From NCBI GenBank assembly GCA_000002445.1, contig CM000208.1, positions 1,472,001-1,536,000 on the forward strand: DNA of 64,000 nucleotides. The letters run 5' to 3'. Of this stretch, positions 55,641 to 64,000 are shown piece by piece. Source of the DNA: Trypanosoma brucei. Taxonomy: Eukaryota. Positions within the stretch are counted from its first letter, which is position 1. Each line of letters begins with the position of its first letter. The position numbers were made by a program, and so were the translations under genes. Below the pieces are notes generated by a model. That model was not told the origin of the DNA, searched no databases, and worked only from the letters and a program-made list of their open reading frames with translations.

Positions 55641-56234
55641 CATGTTGGGGCACTCGCGGCTGAAATGACCGGGCTGACCGCAATTGTAACAGGCGCGTCC
55701 ACCACCCATCGGAGCGCCACCCATCGGGCCACCACGCATGTTGGGACACTCGCGGCTGAAATGACCGGGCTGACCGCAATTGTAACAGGCGCGTCCACCA
55801 CCCATCGGAGCGCCACCCATCGGACCACCACGCATGTTGGGACACTCGCGGCTGAAATGACCGGGTTGACCGCAATTGTAACAGGCGCGTCCACCACCCA
55901 TGGGTGCAGGTCCGCGGTTGCTGGGGCAATCACGACTTAAGTGGTCGGGTTGGCCACAGGTGTAGCAGGCACGGTCGCCCATTGCCCCTGGGGGAACGTT
56001 CGGACATTCCCTCGCAAAGTGGCCGGGCTGACCGCACCGGTGGCAGTTATTTCCGCCCTCAGCGCGGTGCCTTTTAGCAGTGGAAGCTTCGTCCGCCATT
56101 GTTCTTGCAAAGTTGGCTGAAAGTGTTTTAAAAACTTGAGGAAAGCTAGTTCTCCAGAAGAATGTGGAGGTGAAAGGGGACAGAAACGGAATAATGTAGA
56201 ATGGTGCAGAAGCCACGCACGCACAAATTAGCAA
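55458..56234 (-). CDS. UMSBP2: CCHC zinc-knuckle nucleic-acid-binding protein (UMSBP-like, long form, approx 8 knuckles).
   Basis: Repeated C-x2-C-x4-H-x4-C knuckles (CYNCGQPGHFSRECPN). It lies next to a 5-knuckle paralog, as the T. brucei UMSBP1/UMSBP2 pair does. Confidence 0.8.
   Translation of the reverse strand: MLICACVASAPFYIIPFLSPFTSTFFWRTSFPQVFKTLSANFARTMADEASTAKRHRAEGGNNCHRCGQPGHFARECPNVPPGAMGDRACYTCGQPDHLSRDCPSNRGPAPMGGGRACYNCGQPGHFSRECPNMRGGPMGGAPMGGGRACYNCGQPGHFSRECPNMRGGPMGGAPMGGGRACYNCGQPGHFSRECPNMRGGNMGGGRACYHCQQEGHIARECPNAPADAAAGGAAAGGGRACYNCGQPGHLSRACPVK
55681..55935 (-). repeat. 96-bp tandem repeat (approx 2.7 units) inside the long UMSBP gene. Each unit encodes one zinc knuckle plus linker.
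   Basis: caattgtaacaggcgcgtccaccacccatcggagcgccacccatcgg... starts at 55681 and again at 55777 and 55873. The protein repeat is ACYNCGQPGHFSRECPNMRGGPMGGAPMGGGR. Confidence 0.85.
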
Positions 56235-57149
56235 CGGTACAACGAAAGGATGATAAAGTGGATGCTCTCCTCGCCGCTTAAAGAATTGTCACGTTTTCTT
56301 CATGCACACAATTGAGGGGGTTCCTTGGGGAAAGGACAGAGGCACACTCCCCGACTACACTCTTACGCGGATGTCTTCCCATCGGTTGAAAATTACCCAC
56401 TCGAAGGACATCCCCTGACTTCCACTGGGTCGACGCACATCACATGGACCACGTGGTGGCTGTCGTCGGCATCGTCTGCATGCCCTTAGAGCCAGGCAAA
56501 TTAACGCGGCGTGAACTACAAACCCATACGATCCCCAAGTCAGCCATGAATGGTACCTTATGAATTTGCCCTCTTTCCTCTTCACTAACACAAAAAGAAA
56601 GGGGGAAAAGGGAAAAGGAACACTGTACTGCATCGGTAATACATGGAAGGATGAAAGTGCCCGCTAACGAGGAAATGCAACACTCGACACATCCGAAGTT
56701 ATTTCAGCATGGTCCTCAGTAATTACAAAGAGGTTGCCGTGATAAGAGAAATGGGAAACCCCCATTTCAAGAAACACAGGCCCCCATGTGTGAAAAAAAA
56801 AAATTCTTTTTTTCGTTCATGTTTGTAAATTTCCTTTCCTCTCTCCGTCTTCTTACCTTTCTTTTTATTTATACCGAGGATACCTCACCCTCGCTTTCTA
56901 CCACTACGTTCTTCGGCCCTCCAAGAAATTCTTACCTCCTGTCCCTCTTTCCTTTCATTAGTTATTTTTTCTTATACTTTCTCTTTCCTTCCCTTATTTA
57001 TTTCTTAAAACTCTTTGCCAACGCTAACAAAGTGATGTTACGATCTACCTTCCTCTCATTCCATTCTCGAGTACTCCTCTTGCGCCCATCCAAAACAAAA
57101 AAAATAAGTAAAAAAAGGAGAAAAAAGAGAGTCTCTTCACACTCCCAGA

Positions 57150-57485
57150 TTATTGTTTCTTTATTACGGATCCCACAGACTCCACAAATATATAAGTACA
57201 GTCAAATCGGAGAAGAGTAGTGAGATGGCACCGCTTTATGGCGAAAGTATAGGTAGGCGTCGCGTGTTCACATTGCGAGGACGGACGGTACATCGGCACC
57301 CCTCCTTTACTATCAGTTACCTTATTTCACAGGGCAGGCACGGCTGAGGTGACCGGGTTGGCCACAGTTGAAGCACGCGCGGCCGCCAGCAGCAGCGTCA
57401 GCAGGGGCATTCGGGCACTCACGGGCAATATGACCCTCCTGTTGACAGTGGTAGCACGCACGGCCACCACCCATATTTCCACCAG
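57150..57485 (-). repeat. Partner of the duplicated UMSBP 3' block.
   Basis: Direct comparison with 55284..55640. The identical + strand shadow ORFs 55220..55483 and 57153..57347 are a by-product of this repeat. Confidence 0.85.
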
Positions 57486-57744
57486 AGCGCGCATTGGGGC
57501 AGTCGCGGCTGATGTGACCGGGGCGACCGCAGTTGTAGCATGAGCGTCCACCGCCCATATTTCCGCCGGTGCGTGCATTGGGGCAGTCACGGCTGATGTG
57601 GTCAGGTTGACCGCAGTTGTAGCATGAGCGGCCACCGCCCATGTTTCCGCCAGAGCGCGCATTGGGGCACTCACGGCTCATGTGGCCAGGCTGACCGCAA
57701 TTATAGCATGTGCGGGCGTTTGACATCTGCATGTTATCAGCCAT
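57322..57744 (-). CDS. UMSBP1: CCHC zinc-knuckle protein, universal minicircle sequence binding protein-like (140 aa, 5 knuckles).
   Basis: Five CCHC knuckles separated by GGNMGGGR linkers. The size and organisation are those of trypanosomatid UMSBP. Confidence 0.8.
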   Translation of the reverse strand: MADNMQMSNARTCYNCGQPGHMSRECPNARSGGNMGGGRSCYNCGQPDHISRDCPNARTGGNMGGGRSCYNCGRPGHISRDCPNARSGGNMGGGRACYHCQQEGHIARECPNAPADAAAGGRACFNCGQPGHLSRACPVK

Positions 57745-58222
57745 GATACTGTCTCGAAATCGGCGTATTGGGGTTTAGGAAACTTAAGAAAAGCTAGGTT
57801 CTTAGAGGGATATTACGCCAAAAGTGAGTGGAAACGGTGTAAGATGTAGTATGGCAGCGCGACCACAGTAAAAACGATAAGCAAGAGTGCGCCGGTGGCG
57901 GTGGGTCGCCCTCGGGGGCGAATGAAATTTTCTTCAACACATAGTCAGATGAGGCCTTAAAAATGGGAGTCAGGGACATTCTGCGAAAGCATTCGGTGAT
58001 AAGATGCACCTCTCATCAACGCAGGAACAGTCGTGTGGAGAAGTGCCTTCCGACTTGCAGCTCCTTTCATTTCTTCACGGCACCGCTTATTCACCCCACC
58101 CCCTTCCACACACAAAACATCCCATTAGGGTACTATTTTCCTCCCTATACTCCTCCCGGTTGCCTCGAAAACTCCCCCTTTCTACACCGACGACCCACAG
58201 ACATCTCCTCACGAGTCGTGTC

Positions 58223-59164
58223 CTATGCACTCTGAGAAGAATAACGGTCATACAGTTTGGTTTGGTCATCCCGCGATATCTGAGTCCATCCTTTCGGGTG
58301 AACATGATAAACAGTCACAATGCCACCAGAGGCACCGTCACGATACGTCGCGTGGAAGATTGAGCGGCGCGCCAGGTCACATGCCTCCTCAACAGTGAGG
58401 TTCTTCCGGTAGCCCTGGTCAAGCACACCATAGGCATAAATGGAACCGGATCCCACACTAAAAATTTCATGCTTTACACGCGTGCCCTTGTCGTCCACGT
58501 AATAAAGGGACGGCCCAAACTGATCCCAACCAGCCACCATTGTTCCCATAGATAGCCCGTGGTTGCGGTATTGGTAGGTTATATTTGCCAGAATCTTGCT
58601 TGCGGCTGCTACAGAGATACGGCAGTTGTTACGTAGCTCCCACAGGCGGCACTCCATGCCGAGAACGCGCTCCCAGTACTGGCAATCTGCTGCACCACCA
58701 GCCATCGTACCAAGAAGATATTCGTTTATCTCCAGTACCTTCATAACCGTTTGAGAAGAAATATACTGGCCGGATGAGGCACGGGAGTCAACGGCAATAA
58801 TTATCCCACCGTCAAAGTGAAACCCCAGTGTTGTGGTGCCTTTTTTCATGTCAAGTTTAGGAACACTGCGCGGCACTGGACACGGTAACATGAGTTTCCA
58901 TATGCGTCTGTCAGAGTTGATGCAGTTGCTTGTGCAAAGCGGATCCCTCGTAAGTTCTTCTCCACTGTAGGGCATCACGCTGAAATCGTCCGTGCGATCA
59001 GCACTCACTCCAAGGGGATTATTCAAACCTAGAGCAGATCCATCTTCAGCTGCATCGTTTACACCGGGAATGTTATGCCAAGTGAAAGGACCGATGCGAG
59101 GGCAATCCTTCAGGGAGAACTCCGAGCGGAGAACACTTTCAAAATCTGCCAACATCACCCCCAA
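58223..59164 (-). CDS. PSB5: 20S proteasome beta-5 subunit (PSMB5 ortholog, chymotrypsin-like) with an N-terminal propeptide.
   Basis: The mature start [59 protein letters not shown]... matches human PSMB5 ([59 protein letters not shown]). Confidence 0.9.
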   Translation of the reverse strand: MGVMLADFESVLRSEFSLKDCPRIGPFTWHNIPGVNDAAEDGSALGLNNPLGVSADRTDDFSVMPYSGEELTRDPLCTSNCINSDRRIWKLMLPCPVPRSVPKLDMKKGTTTLGFHFDGGIIIAVDSRASSGQYISSQTVMKVLEINEYLLGTMAGGAADCQYWERVLGMECRLWELRNNCRISVAAASKILANITYQYRNHGLSMGTMVAGWDQFGPSLYYVDDKGTRVKHEIFSVGSGSIYAYGVLDQGYRKNLTVEEACDLARRSIFHATYRDGASGGIVTVYHVHPKGWTQISRDDQTKLYDRYSSQSA

Positions 59165-59674
59165 CCGTTTCTTTCGTGGTGTAGCGAATCAATATGTACA
59201 CCTGAGGATAGGCACGTATGTCTGTATACACGTGGGTTTCCTTCAACGTCGCACAACCCTCACGCTTACCTGCTCGTTTGTTTGCTTGTTTAACTGCTTA
59301 TTCTTCTTCACGGTTTGAAAAAGGGAGAGTGAAGGGCATTCTTAAGGTCGTACACCGAGGCAAAGAGGAAAAAATATCCAATGTGTGAACGAACATGTGA
59401 AAGGGCAAGTCAAACCCCGCATTAAACCCACACTGGAACCGACAAAATTAAGTCCAACAAACCTCCTCCACTCGCTCTCTCAACGCACAGCTACGATACA
59501 GAAGTGAATGTGCGCATTCACACCACCCCGCTACACTGAGGCACATGACAGTGAGACAGGGAAATGGCTAAGGAGAGAGCCATGCGCATAATGTCAAAAA
59601 ATAGAGCAGACAGTGAATACACGCATACAAACAATCCTTTTTAAAACTTACAACAGAAGGTGACTAAAATGAAA

Positions 59675-61741
59675 TTAAACAGCGGCCGTGATGTCTTCGA
59701 TAATTCCCTCCTCGGCAGGAACCTCGCAGTTGCCGTCTACATGGTCGCCAGCAAAATCATCCGGCAACGGCGTGTCTCCTGTCTGGGGTCGAATAGAAAC
59801 ACGATCAAGCCACTCATCAGCAGCTGTTTTCAGCTCCTGCGAGTCAAAGCTCAGGGCATCCTTCACCTCCTCATACGTGAAGCCATCCAATTCCTCCAGT
59901 TCGCGTGGAGTGAGCTCACGGTATCTGGCGAGGCGACGGAGACGGGACACGCGCTGACGTCGGAAAAACGGCCAGTCACGCTCCACGAACTCCTTCCAAA
60001 CGGCGCCAGTGTGCCGGGTATAATATGGGGGAACTGTCACCTCACGCAGCGACCCTACAGGAAGTCCTGAGAGTGAGAATGGCCCAAATGAAATGCGGCC
60101 ACCTCGCTCTACCGTGCGACCCAGGTGCTGCATGAGGTGTGCCACAGGCATTACCTCGCCGCGCACCTTTACCTTCAGTGAGAAACGTGACTTCATCGCC
60201 GGATTCACAAAAAATTCCATGTTCTTGTACTGTTTGCCATTGATTGTAATGCCCTGAAAGTTTAGCTTGTGTGCCAGGACAGGGTCCACCGCTGGTCGTA
60301 CACGCAGTAGGTAAGTCTGCTGGATCATGCATTTCGGGTTTTCGAGGAAACGGGAAAGCTCCCCGTCGTTTGTAAGAAGCAGCAGCCCGTGGGCTCGCAT
60401 AGGAAGAGACCCAACGGGGACAAGGTGATCCATACCAAGTATCCGGGCATGCTTCGTAAATAATGCTCGACCAGCCACGTCATTCCTAGATACAATAACG
60501 TGTGCCGGCTTATGGTACATCCACAGCCTTGGTGGCGCAAACCGAAGGCGCCCACTGTGAGACGCCACATGAATATTATTCTCGGCTCGAACAAGACGGA
60601 ATGGATTCCTTTCCACCACATTATCGACACGTACCTGACCACTGGCAATTACCGCAAGCGCTTCGCGGCGGCTACAAAACCCCGCACGTGGTAAGCACCG
60701 AAGAAGATGAACGGAACCACCCGATGAAACCAACTTGCCCTCCCCTTGACTCGTAAGCCTCCGTGAAAAATCACTTACCGGATCATGGATTGAGCCGCCG
60801 GGTACTAAATCGGCTGAACTGTGAATAATTTTTCCTACGGCTGGGGACAGCACCTCTCCATCCTTCCACGGATCTGTTGAGGGCATCGCTATTTCTTCAC
60901 CGCTTGGTGAACCGTCATGAGATCCGTCAGGGAAAAGGTCTGCCAAAGTGTCAGCTTGGCCACCAAATGAACTTAGATCCTTAGCATCCAATACGTCGCA
61001 CCGAGGAACGTTTTTTTTCAGCCTTCTTTGCACCTCCGAATCTGAAAGCAGTTTTAGCCTAGAGGGAAGATACGTGTCGTTTCGATCTTCACGAAGTTTC
61101 TCTGCCTTAAGTTCCATCAACCTCTCCTTCAACATATCCGTAAGCTGCACAGGGGTATCACCGTACGCATTACCTTCCCCCTGTTCCGGCTCAATTGTGG
61201 GGTCGGCTGGGGAGACGTTACTTTCTTCTGCAACGGCAAAGCCGTGATCTTTGGGGTTCGCGCCGGACAACTGAAGCACATCGGGCGATAAAGCGTTTAG
61301 CCGTGTGCGGCTGTCAGAGGGTGAACCTCTCCACTGCAGACATTCTGATTGTCTTTTCACATCGCTACGTATGTCGAAACTCCCTTCATCGAAGAATGAT
61401 GGTGCAGCGCCTTTTTCCTCCCTTGGAGGGGCGTACCCGTCAACATTCCTGGTGCGTGTGATATCCTTCCACGTTTGCTTTCTCCGCTCATCTGCCGAGT
61501 AACGGGTGGTTGGGGCCTTCTTAATGTGTGACATGGCAACCGGGAAGTGTCGCTCCACATCCTGAAGTTTCTCCGCATCTGCTACGTCCACACTTCGCTG
61601 CAGGGCCGCTGCCGACGAAGATACACCTTTCTTCTTAGGAAACCAATGTTTCACCTTTCGCTCCTTACTACCAGTGCTGTTGACCGGTCGGCGCTGAACG
61701 CACGGCAGTACGACGAGCAGTGGCAGACTGACACGGCGCAT
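59675..61741 (-). CDS. RsuA/RluB-family pseudouridine synthase-like protein with an S4 RNA-binding domain and a long N-terminal extension. It is probably organellar and possibly catalytically inactive.
   Basis: S4-like LLRCLPRAGFCSRREALAVIASGQVRVDNV (aa approx 346-375). The synthase core is MYHKPAHVIVSRNDVAGRALF...VPVGSLPMRAHGLLLLTNDGELSRF, where bacterial RsuA/RluB have PVGRLDxDTxGLLLLTNDG. The Asp of GRLD is not present (SLP instead of RLD). The N-terminus MRRVSLPLLVVLPCVQRRP resembles a mitochondrial presequence. Confidence 0.75.
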   Translation of the reverse strand: MRRVSLPLLVVLPCVQRRPVNSTGSKERKVKHWFPKKKGVSSSAAALQRSVDVADAEKLQDVERHFPVAMSHIKKAPTTRYSADERRKQTWKDITRTRNVDGYAPPREEKGAAPSFFDEGSFDIRSDVKRQSECLQWRGSPSDSRTRLNALSPDVLQLSGANPKDHGFAVAEESNVSPADPTIEPEQGEGNAYGDTPVQLTDMLKERLMELKAEKLREDRNDTYLPSRLKLLSDSEVQRRLKKNVPRCDVLDAKDLSSFGGQADTLADLFPDGSHDGSPSGEEIAMPSTDPWKDGEVLSPAVGKIIHSSADLVPGGSIHDPVSDFSRRLTSQGEGKLVSSGGSVHLLRCLPRAGFCSRREALAVIASGQVRVDNVVERNPFRLVRAENNIHVASHSGRLRFAPPRLWMYHKPAHVIVSRNDVAGRALFTKHARILGMDHLVPVGSLPMRAHGLLLLTNDGELSRFLENPKCMIQQTYLLRVRPAVDPVLAHKLNFQGITINGKQYKNMEFFVNPAMKSRFSLKVKVRGEVMPVAHLMQHLGRTVERGGRISFGPFSLSGLPVGSLREVTVPPYYTRHTGAVWKEFVERDWPFFRRQRVSRLRRLARYRELTPRELEELDGFTYEEVKDALSFDSQELKTAADEWLDRVSIRPQTGDTPLPDDFAGDHVDGNCEVPAEEGIIEDITAAV

Positions 61742-62260
61742 TCACTACAACACCTATCAACCTCGCCTATAGGGCAGAAACCGCAATGCGAAGGAAGAAA
61801 GCGGTCATGCACCGATAAGGGGAAGCGCCACAAAGTCATTCTTACGAGGTGTTTTATTCATACTGCGCAGTACCACGGGAATAAAGCACACTACTGACGA
61901 TGACGTTTTGTCCCCCCCCCCTCCCCCCTCGGACACAACGCTCGGCACTGCGGAGCCACATCATTCGACGACGTGACAATGCAGAGCACGGCAGTATACA
62001 AACGAAGGGGTAAAGGAGCACAATAATCCAAGTGGGAGGGGCAAAAAGATGAAACGAAGAACCACTAACAATTATTGTTAATCATAAATAACACAAAGAT
62101 AAGCGCCGCCAGAAAATGAGTCGCAGCAGGCAACAAACAATGAAATGACCAACCGATATGCAGCTACCTTTCCCCCTGGATGCTGCATTACCCACGTAAG
62201 TTCCGTCTCTCAAACTAACCCCCTTCCTATCTTTCGCACATTCAGAGTTCGCCTGGGGAA

Positions 62261-63787
62261 CTAGTACATAATGGTGCGGCATAAGTGGTGTTTAACAGCG
62301 GAATCGACGTAATGTCTACCAATCCACCAGAGCATACAGTCAAGTGCGGGCGCATCCCAGACTCTCGACGTACTCTCCGGCCTCCATTCCCTACCAGTGG
62401 TGCAAGCACAGGAACTACGAAGGTAGTCCAACAGTAAGTCTGATGCTACAAGTGCAGCAACGCGGATGCAACACTCCTCCACACCCCCAGCCGCTAATAA
62501 AACACCAGTGTCCACTAATGACGCCAAGTATGAGTCATACTCCACTAAACCGAGAGAACGAAGGGCTTTCGGCAATTGGTAGTCGCAACACACAGTAAGA
62601 TGGTGCTTGTCCTTAAAGACACCATGAGCCCCACTAAAAGGAAAGGGAGCCTCGGTAACATTTGGCGTGTTAGCAGCCACAGTATCCATCGCCGACACCG
62701 CCTCCTCAATGGCCATAACGGTGAGCTGAGCTAATTTAAGCATTGGTATTACAATCTCGTCGCCCTGGTCTGAGTCCTTGCCACCGCCAACTTCACCCCT
62801 TAGCACACAGACATCGTAGTAGCGGGGGTGCAGCTCAACCAACATTTCGACAAACCCCAAGTGCGGGAATATGGGGTGGTACAAATAACCCTCGCTGAGG
62901 CACAGCATTTTGAAAAAGGAGGTGTCCTTTTCCACTAGACTGCGGGAAAGCGACAAGAGCAACTCAACGCGTTCCCTGGCAGCGGGCATCCACATGGATG
63001 TGTGTCCATCCTCCCTGTAGCCAAGGAAGCAGCGTTCCAGCGCCTCCATAGCGTCTTCAGTGGTTGCGAACTGTTGCAGGAATTGTGGACAATGCCAATT
63101 CAAATGGTAAACCTCCACTGCCCTGCACAGTAGATGAACCATCGCCATAGAACCACGAATCAGCCGTTTTCCCCCGTAACTTACCGAGCCGCTTGTTTCT
63201 GCGCTGCCTTCGGGTAACTCGGCGTAGAAGCCGCAGATATTCTCTACGCGAGATCCCGTAGGGGTGGCGTCGGGGGGATCCTCCCCCCAGTGCCTGAAGT
63301 CTATTGCAACCAACATGCCCAGATAGTTCACCGTCTCCTCCACACTGTTGCGGAGGCTCGGCGGCACGGCGGTGAACCACGGCGATGAACCTGTGCTTCC
63401 ATTCTCATGCGACTTGGCGAAAAAATCTGAAAGGTAGCTTTGCAACAGCTTCTGGAACTGTGGTCGGGAAGCGCACTCCTCAACGTCCACCAGGCGTGCA
63501 TAACGTAGTTTCTTGGAAGGGAAACCACTAGCTATAAAGTTTCGGACGGACGTCCTTACCGGCTGCATTTGCCACCTTAGCGCCCACGCAGATGTAGCAG
63601 CAGCTACAGCCTCCAGAGCAGAACAGTATGGCGGAGAAAAGTTAATGCGAAAAAAGGCGGTAGACTGCGACAGGGGCAAAAAGAGCTTTGTATATCGGAA
63701 GAGGAGGATACAGACAAATACAACAGGGAAATAGAAAAAGGCGGCACAACATGCCCTTTTGTACATGTAATGAAACGCGCGAGTCAC
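62261..63787 (-). CDS. Hypothetical protein. The true start is probably the internal Met at 63568 (approx 435 aa).
   Basis: Long ORF in the cluster orientation. The first 73 residues (MTRAFHYMYKRACCAAFFYFPVVFVCILLF...) look like non-coding read-through. From MQPVRTSVRNFIASGFPSKKLRYARLVD onward it looks coding. Confidence 0.55.
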   Translation of the reverse strand: MTRAFHYMYKRACCAAFFYFPVVFVCILLFRYTKLFLPLSQSTAFFRINFSPPYCSALEAVAAATSAWALRWQMQPVRTSVRNFIASGFPSKKLRYARLVDVEECASRPQFQKLLQSYLSDFFAKSHENGSTGSSPWFTAVPPSLRNSVEETVNYLGMLVAIDFRHWGEDPPDATPTGSRVENICGFYAELPEGSAETSGSVSYGGKRLIRGSMAMVHLLCRAVEVYHLNWHCPQFLQQFATTEDAMEALERCFLGYREDGHTSMWMPAARERVELLLSLSRSLVEKDTSFFKMLCLSEGYLYHPIFPHLGFVEMLVELHPRYYDVCVLRGEVGGGKDSDQGDEIVIPMLKLAQLTVMAIEEAVSAMDTVAANTPNVTEAPFPFSGAHGVFKDKHHLTVCCDYQLPKALRSLGLVEYDSYLASLVDTGVLLAAGGVEECCIRVAALVASDLLLDYLRSSCACTTGREWRPESTSRVWDAPALDCMLWWIGRHYVDSAVKHHLCRTIMY

Positions 63788-64000
63788 CCGAGTTTAAGTA
63801 CATCTCCATAACTATTGTGAAGGGTCTCGAGTCAGCCACTAGAAAGAATCAGAAAGCGATTGTTGTTGAAGACATCCACACGAGGGCTTGAGTGTAGAGG
63901 GTAGGAACACCGGCGGTACGATAATGTGATAGATCCCGTCAAACCCACCGTGCACACATGCACAATAGTGCAGTGAGCGGTCTGCGGCGATAAAGATCAC

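Noticed and set aside
55463-55940. Several 115-156-aa ORFs on both strands inside the UMSBP genes (55463..55933 -, 55485..55940 +, 55573..55929 -, 57327..57674 -).
   Set aside because: They are off-frame or antisense translations of the GC-rich 96-bp knuckle repeats. The CCHC frame is the only one with a recognisable fold.
42542-59164. Possibility that the proteasome alpha-1 and beta-5 genes, 16 kb apart, form a functional operon-like unit.
   Set aside because: Co-location within one polycistron is the norm in kinetoplastids and carries no regulatory implication. The intervening genes are unrelated.
1-64000. Searched by eye for tRNA T-loop motifs (GGTTCGAATCC-like), spliced-leader RNA genes, rRNA, retroposon (ingi/RIME) ends and CRISPR-like arrays.
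   Set aside because: None were found. The isolated GTTCGA occurrences (for example near 53211) lack any tRNA-like context. CRISPR is not expected in a eukaryotic genome.

Overview
The window reads as a kinetoplastid (Trypanosoma brucei-like) core-genome segment. There are no introns, and every convincing gene lies on the minus strand: about 21 CDS, transcribed right to left. They are separated by AT-rich, low-complexity intergenic spacers carrying microsatellites and homopolymer runs, which is the signature of a single polycistronic transcription unit. The recognisable genes, in order of increasing coordinate, are as follows. A partial ORF runs off the left edge and is not in the ORF track. 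Then come a Kelch-repeat protein, two hypothetical proteins, an XRN-family 5'-3' exoribonuclease-like protein, two tandem NEK-type Ser/Thr kinases with a C-terminal PH domain, an ELMO-domain protein, a B-box (TRIM-like) zinc-finger protein, an LRR protein, a coiled-coil protein, a 1544-aa WD-like protein and a STAG-domain cohesin subunit (SCC3). These are followed by a small basic protein, proteasome alpha-1, clathrin heavy chain, two CCHC zinc-knuckle proteins (UMSBP-like, 7-8 and 5 knuckles), proteasome beta-5, an RsuA/RluB-family pseudouridine-synthase-like protein and a hypothetical protein. The neighbourhood CHC-UMSBP-UMSBP-PSB5 matches what I recall of T. brucei chromosome 10. I see no rRNA, tRNA or SL-RNA genes, no CRISPR array, no recognisable transposon and no obviously novel multi-gene system. 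The items worth a second look are these. The NEK paralogs are homogenised only within the CDS and have different C-terminal tails. The UMSBP pair shares an identical 3' block, and UMSBP2 carries an internal 96-bp repeat expansion. The pseudouridine-synthase homolog appears to lack the catalytic Asp of the GRLD motif and carries a long N-terminal extension. The XRN-like protein has a partly altered acidic-residue constellation. A TRIM-like B-box protein is present. Several spacers are very long (2.7-4.3 kb), and one contains a GC-rich island.
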